NCBI RefSeq assembly: GCF_002836775.1 | Contig: NZ_PJAQ01000043.1 | Location: 21,350-61,349, forward strand | Reading direction: 5' to 3' | DNA from: Colwellia sp. 12G3 | GTDB lineage: Bacteria > Pseudomonadota > Gammaproteobacteria > Enterobacterales > Alteromonadaceae | DNA: 40,000 nt | In this document: positions 34,730 to 40,000 of the stretch, in pieces | How the letters are laid out: each line of letters begins with the position of its first letter | How positions within the stretch are numbered: position 1 is the first letter of the stretch | Position numbers and translations under genes: made by a program | Notes under the pieces: model-generated | Database searches by the model: none | The model's input: the letters and a program-made list of their open reading frames with translations, nothing else | Told to the model about the DNA's origin: nothing

Positions 34730-36634
34730 TTACAGTGGAGCGGGTTTTCCAACATAATACCCCTGACAACCATCAATGAATAGTTTCTCTAACGTGTGTT
34801 TTTCTTCTTGGCTTTCAACACTTTCAGCTAATACGCTAATGCCAAGTCTATGGGCTAAATCAACCATTAAGCGTAAGAAGTATTGGTTGTTCTTATCATC
34901 ATCAATATCGCGGGTATAAGAACTATCCATTTTAATATAATCAGGTGTTAAATCCCTAAAAAATTTAAATGACGTTAAGCCAACACCAAACCGTTCTACA
35001 GTCACTCTTGAACCCACACGGTGTAACATGTCAACTAAGCGTTTAGCCGCTTTTATGTTTTGCTGCATGCCTAACTCTGATATTTCAAAGACTAATCGAG
35101 GAGAAGCTGTCGGTTCACGTAGCAATTTACGCTCTAGCCAGATCATAAAATGCTCATTATTAATACTTCGAGGGCTAATGTTAATGCCATAACTGCTTTC
35201 TAACATATTTTTGCTGGTTATTTCTTTAATCACTGTCTCGATGATGAGACGGTCTACTTCGATTATTTTATCAAGCTTTTCAGCCATAGCAATAAATGTG
35301 GCAGTTGGTAACATATCATCGTTAGCATTAAGAAAACGTGCTAATACTTCACCATACACTTTATTATTACGACCGCTTGGTTGTATAGGTTGCAATAATA
35401 AGGTAACTCTTCCAGCATCTAGGACGCTATCTATTTCATGTCGCCAATTTTGACTACCAAAGTTAGCGCTGTTATCTGTTAAAATATCAATGTCTTTTTG
35501 CGAATACCATGAATTTGTTTGTTGTGTTTGAGCGACACTTACACCCGTATCGGCTAGGGCCAAAAGCTCACCTAATGGTTTTGATTTATCAAAATAGACT
35601 AAACCAGTAAAGGCAACAGAATCTAATTCATTAACTTGCTGGTAGTCATTAAATTTAAGCGTTAAATCGCTGGCATAATTTTCAGCTACTTTCAGTTGTT
35701 CGTTAGGTAATATGGTAGCAAAGTCAGAACTGTTTAACCTAAAAAGCTTTCCTGTTGGCCTTGTTTCTAAGGCGTTTTTCATTATCTCAGCGACTTTTAT
35801 TATGTAGTTGTCGCCGGAGTTATAGCCATGTACTTGATTAATTGTTTGCAGTTCAGAGCAACGGGTAATAAGAATAACGCCAAATTTTACGGGACTGTCT
35901 TGTACAATTTGATTTTCATAAAACTGGACAAATCGATTACGGTTCTCTATGCCAGTTAAGCTATCAACATGCGCTTCAATTTCTAAAGAGGTAGTATTTT
36001 TAAATTGCTTTGTCATCATCGATTTGATTTCAGCAATACCTTCTTCTAAAGCTGGAATGTCTAGTAGTTGCTGATTGCTCTTTTCTTTTGTAATGAAATC
36101 AGCATCATTAATTTGGGCTAATTCATTACTAATTTGCTTGCTGATCACACGGAAGATAGTAAGTTGTAATTTATAATTTAGTCTTGCTGAAATAAAAACA
36201 AATAAAAGGGATAGCGCAGTAATGCCGATAAAGAATTTCGTCAAAAAGTCAATAATACCAATAAAGCTTAATTGGTATTGAACTTGTAAATTAAGTTTTC
36301 CGGCGGAAACAGTTTTACGCTTCGCTAAAAAAGAATCAAATGGATGGGTTTGATTCTTTTGATGATTAACAAATGTTTGAGAATTACTTTTAATTATTAA
36401 GGTTTGGTAATCTGTGCCGGCCGTTAAAATATCGGCTAATTTAGTAGCCATCTCTTGTACAGGCATTTCACTTTCAACAAAGTGTTGGCTAACGAGTTGA
36501 ATGGTGTTTTGTTGTGCTAGTGTTTGCTGATTCACGTATGAGCTTAATAGTACAAATGCAATGGCGCCTATAGCGATAATAAAAACTAACGCAAACAATA
36601 TATTTTTGATAAATAATTTAGAAAACTTATACAT
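34730..36634 (-). CDS. Membrane signalling protein with a degenerate GGDEF domain and an EAL domain (CsrD/LapD-like architecture)
   Basis: TM1, a domain of about 95 aa, TM2 and a HAMP-like linker. The GGDEF site reads RLNSSDFA, which is degenerate. EAL domain residues are EVLAR, N, E.SE, KMDSS, AESVES and QGYYVGKP. Confidence 0.7.
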   Translation of the reverse strand: MYKFSKLFIKNILFALVFIIAIGAIAFVLLSSYVNQQTLAQQNTIQLVSQHFVESEMPVQEMATKLADILTAGTDYQTLIIKSNSQTFVNHQKNQTHPFDSFLAKRKTVSAGKLNLQVQYQLSFIGIIDFLTKFFIGITALSLLFVFISARLNYKLQLTIFRVISKQISNELAQINDADFITKEKSNQQLLDIPALEEGIAEIKSMMTKQFKNTTSLEIEAHVDSLTGIENRNRFVQFYENQIVQDSPVKFGVILITRCSELQTINQVHGYNSGDNYIIKVAEIMKNALETRPTGKLFRLNSSDFATILPNEQLKVAENYASDLTLKFNDYQQVNELDSVAFTGLVYFDKSKPLGELLALADTGVSVAQTQQTNSWYSQKDIDILTDNSANFGSQNWRHEIDSVLDAGRVTLLLQPIQPSGRNNKVYGEVLARFLNANDDMLPTATFIAMAEKLDKIIEVDRLIIETVIKEITSKNMLESSYGINISPRSINNEHFMIWLERKLLREPTASPRLVFEISELGMQQNIKAAKRLVDMLHRVGSRVTVERFGVGLTSFKFFRDLTPDYIKMDSSYTRDIDDDKNNQYFLRLMVDLAHRLGISVLAESVESQEEKHTLEKLFIDGCQGYYVGKPAPL

Positions 36635-36858
36635 GATGAAATTAAATGCTCCGTTTAAATCCTATCAAGAAGCAAAGACATACTATTTATATCAATGCAG
36701 TTTTTGTATGAAATGATGGCTATATTAATAGCTACATTATAGAGTCAATACTAACGTATTGTAAAATATAAATTAATTTTAGCAAATATTTACTCGTGAT
36801 TTTTTGGACGAATATCGCTAAAAAGGCGATTTTTATAATCGATAATGGCTAATGCCCC

Positions 36859-36887
36859 TTGCGCTTGATGACAAGCCACTATATAAT
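36859..36887 (+). promoter_or_regulatory. Sigma-70-like promoter upstream of the rimP leader region
   Basis: TTGCGC-17 nt-TATAAT (perfect -10). It points toward the terminator at 37037-37067. Confidence 0.45.
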
Positions 36888-37036
36888 TTGCCACAATAGA
36901 ACTTAATAAGATGTCACTGAATAAACCAACTTACGCTGTGCGGTTTATATTCTTATTAATATTATTAGTAGTCTAGCTAATAATAACCAGATTAAACTTG
37001 TTATTCTTGTTTGATCTAGGGGGAAAACAGTGAAAT

Positions 37037-37067
37037 AAGCCCCTGAATTGGGGTTTTTTGTTTTTTT
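37037..37067 (+). terminator. Rho-independent terminator-like element upstream of rimP
   Basis: AAGCCCC-tgaatt-GGGGTTT stem with one G-U pair, followed by TTTTTTGTTTTTTT. Confidence 0.55.
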
Positions 37068-37201
37068 AAGCGTAGAAATCACGTGATTTAAGACGAATAC
37101 AGCAACATTTCGCTGGGCTATATGCCCTTTTTTTATATCTAAAATTTATATTGTACTGCCTTATGTATTTATCATAAGGGTAGAATAACAGGAGAACAAG
37201 A

Positions 37202-37657
37202 TTGGCTAAATTTGAGCAAAAACTAACTGATTTATTAAGACCTGCAGTTGAAGAAACTGGCAAAACTTTGCGTGGCATTGAATATCTCAGTGCGGGCAAT
37301 AACTCAGTTTTACGTTTGTTTATTGACCATGAAAATGGCATCAATGTTGACGACTGTGCAGAAGTGAGTCGTCAAGTCGGTGCACTATTAGATGTAGAAG
37401 ATCCAATTAGTAGTGAATACAGTCTAGAAGTTTCATCTCCAGGTGTTGATTGTCCATTATTTGAATTAGCACATTTTCAAGAAGTTATTGGTGAAACGGT
37501 TAATCTAAGATTATCAATGCCTTTAAATGGTCGTCGAAAGTTCAAAGGGCCATTAGTTGCCATAGAAAACGATACATTAATAGTACAAGTCGACAGCATC
37601 GATTATGAAATTGCTTACAGCAACGTAGATAAAGCGAACCTTGTCGCAAAATTTTAA
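37202..37657 (+). CDS. rimP: Ribosome maturation factor RimP
   Basis: TTG start with AGGAG upstream. EQKLT.., RL.ID.E.GINVDDCAEVS.QV.A.LDVEDPI and LEVSSPG are colinear with E. coli RimP (recalled). Confidence 0.9.
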   Translation: MAKFEQKLTDLLRPAVEETGKTLRGIEYLSAGNNSVLRLFIDHENGINVDDCAEVSRQVGALLDVEDPISSEYSLEVSSPGVDCPLFELAHFQEVIGETVNLRLSMPLNGRRKFKGPLVAIENDTLIVQVDSIDYEIAYSNVDKANLVAKF

Positions 37658-37705
37658 ACCTTGAAAATATTATAAACAGTTAACATAAATTAAAGGCTAA
37701 GTAGC

Positions 37706-39202
37706 ATGAGTAAGGAAATATTACTGGTTGTTGATGCGGTTTCTAATGAAAAAGCATTACCAAGAGAAAGCATTTTTGAGGCGATGGAAACTGCTTTAGA
37801 AACAGCTACCAAGAAAAAATATGAAGGTGACATTGAAGTACGTGTTGCTATTGACCGTATTACAGGCGAGTTTGAGACATTTCGTCGTTGGTTAATTGTT
37901 GAAGACGGCAATGAACCAATGGAAAATCCCTATGCTGAAATTGGTTTAGCAGCAGCGCAATATTCTGATCCAGAATTAAACGTAGGTGATTATTCAGAAG
38001 ATCAAATTGAGTCAGTAAAATTTGACCGTGTAACTACGCAAACTGCAAAACAAGTTATCGTTCAAAAAATACGTGAAGCTGAACGTGCTTTAGTAACTGA
38101 AGCGTACCAAGAGCACTTAGGTGAGATTGTTACCGGCGTTGTTAAAAAAGCAAGTCGTGAGAGTGTCATTGTTGATTTAGGTAATAATGCTGAAGCGGTT
38201 ATTTACCGTGATGATATGTTACCACGCGAAACATTTCGTCCGGGTGACCGTGTACGTGGTTTGTTGTATGAAATCAAACCAGAAGCACGTGGTGCACAAT
38301 TATTTTTAAGCCGTACCAAACCTGAAATGTTAATCGAGCTTTTCCGAGTTGAAGTACCTGAAATTGGCGAAGAATTACTAGAAATTAAGGGGGCCGCTCG
38401 TGATCCTGGTTCTCGAGCTAAAATTTCAGTAAAAAGTAATGACAAACGTATCGACCCTGTTGGTGCTTGTGTTGGTATGCGTGGTTCTCGTGTCCAAGCG
38501 GTATCTGGCGAGTTAGGTGGGGAACGTGTAGATATCGTTTTATACGATGACAACGTTGCTCAATATGTAATTAATGCTATGTCACCTGCCGAAGTCGCTT
38601 CAATTATTGTTGATGAAGACAAAGGCACTATGGATATTGCAGTTGAAGAAGCTAATTTAGCTATGGCAATTGGCCGTAGTGGTCAAAATATTCGTTTAGC
38701 AAGCCAGTTAACTGGTTGGGAACTGAATGTAATGACTGTTGCTGATATGAAAGAAAAGCATCAGGCAGAAAACGATAAAGTATTAAACTTGTTTATTGAT
38801 AAGTTAGATCTCGATGAAGACTTTGCAACATTACTTGCTGAAGAAGGTTTTACTTCACTAGAAGAAATTGCTTATGTTCCTGTAGCTGAAATGCTAGATA
38901 TTGAAGGTCTAACCGAAGAAATTATTGAAGCTCTTCGTGAACGTGCTAAAGAAGCGTTAACTACACAAGCTCTAGCGAGTGAAGAGACTTTAGAAGGAGC
39001 TGAACCTGCGCAAGATTTACTTGACCTTGAAGGTTTAGAGCGTCATTTAGCCTTTGTTTTAGCAAGTCGCGGTGTTCGAACACTTGAAGACTTAGCTGAA
39101 CAAGGTATCGATGAAATTAGCGATATTGAAGATTTAGATGAAACCAAAGCGGGCGAGCTAATCATGGCGGCACGTAATATTTGTTGGTTTAACGAAGAAT
39201 AA
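37706..39202 (+). CDS. nusA: Transcription termination/antitermination factor NusA
   Basis: 498 aa with [21 protein letters not shown], then S1 and KH regions ([26 protein letters not shown]) and the C-terminal acidic repeats. Confidence 0.95.
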   Translation: MSKEILLVVDAVSNEKALPRESIFEAMETALETATKKKYEGDIEVRVAIDRITGEFETFRRWLIVEDGNEPMENPYAEIGLAAAQYSDPELNVGDYSEDQIESVKFDRVTTQTAKQVIVQKIREAERALVTEAYQEHLGEIVTGVVKKASRESVIVDLGNNAEAVIYRDDMLPRETFRPGDRVRGLLYEIKPEARGAQLFLSRTKPEMLIELFRVEVPEIGEELLEIKGAARDPGSRAKISVKSNDKRIDPVGACVGMRGSRVQAVSGELGGERVDIVLYDDNVAQYVINAMSPAEVASIIVDEDKGTMDIAVEEANLAMAIGRSGQNIRLASQLTGWELNVMTVADMKEKHQAENDKVLNLFIDKLDLDEDFATLLAEEGFTSLEEIAYVPVAEMLDIEGLTEEIIEALRERAKEALTTQALASEETLEGAEPAQDLLDLEGLERHLAFVLASRGVRTLEDLAEQGIDEISDIEDLDETKAGELIMAARNICWFNEE

Positions 39203-39223
39203 TAACACCGGAGAATAATATAG

Positions 39224-40000
39224 ATGGCAGATATAACTGTAGCAGAACTTGCCAAAGAAATCGGAACACCGGTGGATCGCTTAGTAAGTCAGTTAGCTGA
39301 CTCAGGCGTGAATAAATCGGCTACCGATGCTATTACGCAAGATGAAAAAGAATCCTTATTAGGACACCTTAAAAAGCAACATGGTGATGAGTCGGAAGCA
39401 AAACCGAATAAACTCACTTTAAACCGTAAAACTAAGTCTACTCTGACCATGGGTCATGGCAGTAAAGCTAAGTCGGTTAATGTTGAAGTTCGCAAAAAAC
39501 GCACTTACGTGAAGCGTAGTGAACTAGAAGATGAAAAAATTGCTGAAGAAGCGGCGAAAGCAGCAGCTGAAGCAGCTATTTTAGTAGAAGCAGATGCAAA
39601 GGCTAAAGCCGAAGCTGCAGCGAAAGAAGCTGAAAATGAAAAAGGCGTAGCAGCAGCTAAAGCTGAAGTTGAAGCTGAACGTAAAGCTGAAGCGAAAGTT
39701 GAAGCAGCAGCTAAAGCAAAAAATGCCGCGGTAGAAAAAGCTAAAAATATTGAACAAGCCCCTGAAAAGGTAGCTGAAACAGAAGAATCGAAAAAACTTC
39801 GTTTAGCTCAAGAAAAAGAAGCGGCTGCAAAAGTTGAAGCAGAAGCGGCAGCAGCGGCAGCAGCGGCTAAAAAGCTTGCTGAAGAAAATGAAGGTCGTTG
39901 GAAAGAACAAGAAGCTGAACGTAAAGCGAAAGAAAAAGAAGTTGTACATTTAACATCTTCTGTCTATGCCCAAGAAGCGGAAGATAAAAGTGACTCTGCT
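39224..40000 (+). CDS. infB: Translation initiation factor IF-2, N-terminal part (continues beyond the window)
   Basis: ATG at 39224, and the frame stays open to nt 40000 (259 codons, translated by eye). [49 protein letters not shown] plus an Ala/Glu/Lys-rich region match IF-2. Follows nusA. Confidence 0.92.
   Translation, partial: MADITVAELAKEIGTPVDRLVSQLADSGVNKSATDAITQDEKESLLGHLKKQHGDESEAKPNKLTLNRKTKSTLTMGHGSKAKSVNVEVRKKRTYVKRSELEDEKIAEEAAKAAAEAAILVEADAKAKAEAAAKEAENEKGVAAAKAEVEAERKAEAKVEAAAKAKNAAVEKAKNIEQAPEKVAETEESKKLRLAQEKEAAAKVEAEAAAAAAAAKKLAEENEGRWKEQEAERKAKEKEVVHLTSSVYAQEAEDKSDSA

Noticed and set aside
36635-37201. A tRNA-Met (metY) was expected upstream of rimP, as in E. coli
   Set aside because: No GC-rich cloverleaf-compatible sequence is present, and the recalled initiator-tRNA sequence has no match. 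The region is AT-rich.
37066-37344. 92-aa minus-strand ORF overlapping the rimP start
   Set aside because: It is antisense to the well-supported rimP gene and its leader, has no RBS and is compositionally odd. It is treated as spurious.
711-39255. Many short ORFs in the six-frame track lie antisense to, or nested in, larger genes. Examples: 711-917, 1101-1340, 3496-3702, 8607-8801, 9665-9868, 11574-11819, 12564-12884, 14253-14510, 16922-17116, 20583-20786, 22537-22989, 23906-24243, 25907-26188, 29282-29467, 30563-31144, 31546-31731, 32287-32571, 33094-33312, 35211-35453, 37690-37911, 38203-38553, 39043-39255.
   Set aside because: Each overlaps a longer ORF on the opposite strand that has clear family motifs or cassette context. 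None has a recognisable family or an independent start signal.

Overview
AT-rich gammaproteobacterial chromosome segment; a marine Alteromonadales-like origin is an inference from gene content. Left edge: end of a PUFA synthase cluster (pfaC 3' end, pfaD). Right half: ordinary housekeeping genes, namely GNAT, M28 peptidase, yaeQ, a class V aminotransferase, gloA, an MCP, the rnfABCDGE-nth operon, a degenerate-GGDEF/EAL membrane protein, and rimP-nusA-infB. The main feature is a complete sedentary chromosomal integron at about 5.6-17.3 kb. It has an intact integron integrase (intI, 16291-17256, +) with a perfect LexA box in its promoter and a divergent attI. The minus-strand array holds about 19 cassettes separated by 18 recognisable attC sites of one homogeneous family of about 100 bp. 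Cassette cargo is mostly small exported, membrane or uncharacterised proteins. The array shows several signs of decay or plasticity: a frameshift caused by a 10-bp tandem duplication, an ORF-less cassette, a 237-bp composite attC, and mutated R' cores. Weaker attC-like remnants suggest it may once have reached almost to pfaD. Immediately right of intI, a DUF885-family lipoprotein gene is split by a 1.5-kb AT-rich insertion flanked by an imperfect 10-bp direct repeat. The insertion carries one uncharacterised membrane-protein gene and a 600-bp non-coding leader with a 13-bp inverted-repeat-bounded structured segment; it has no transposase and its function is unknown. Smaller oddities: a perfect 20-bp-stem palindrome between rnfE and nth, a 10-residue segment in Nth, DNA-level repeats in the rnfC 3' end, and an orphan promoter-terminator unit upstream of rimP. 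No rRNA, tRNA, CRISPR array or IS transposase was seen.
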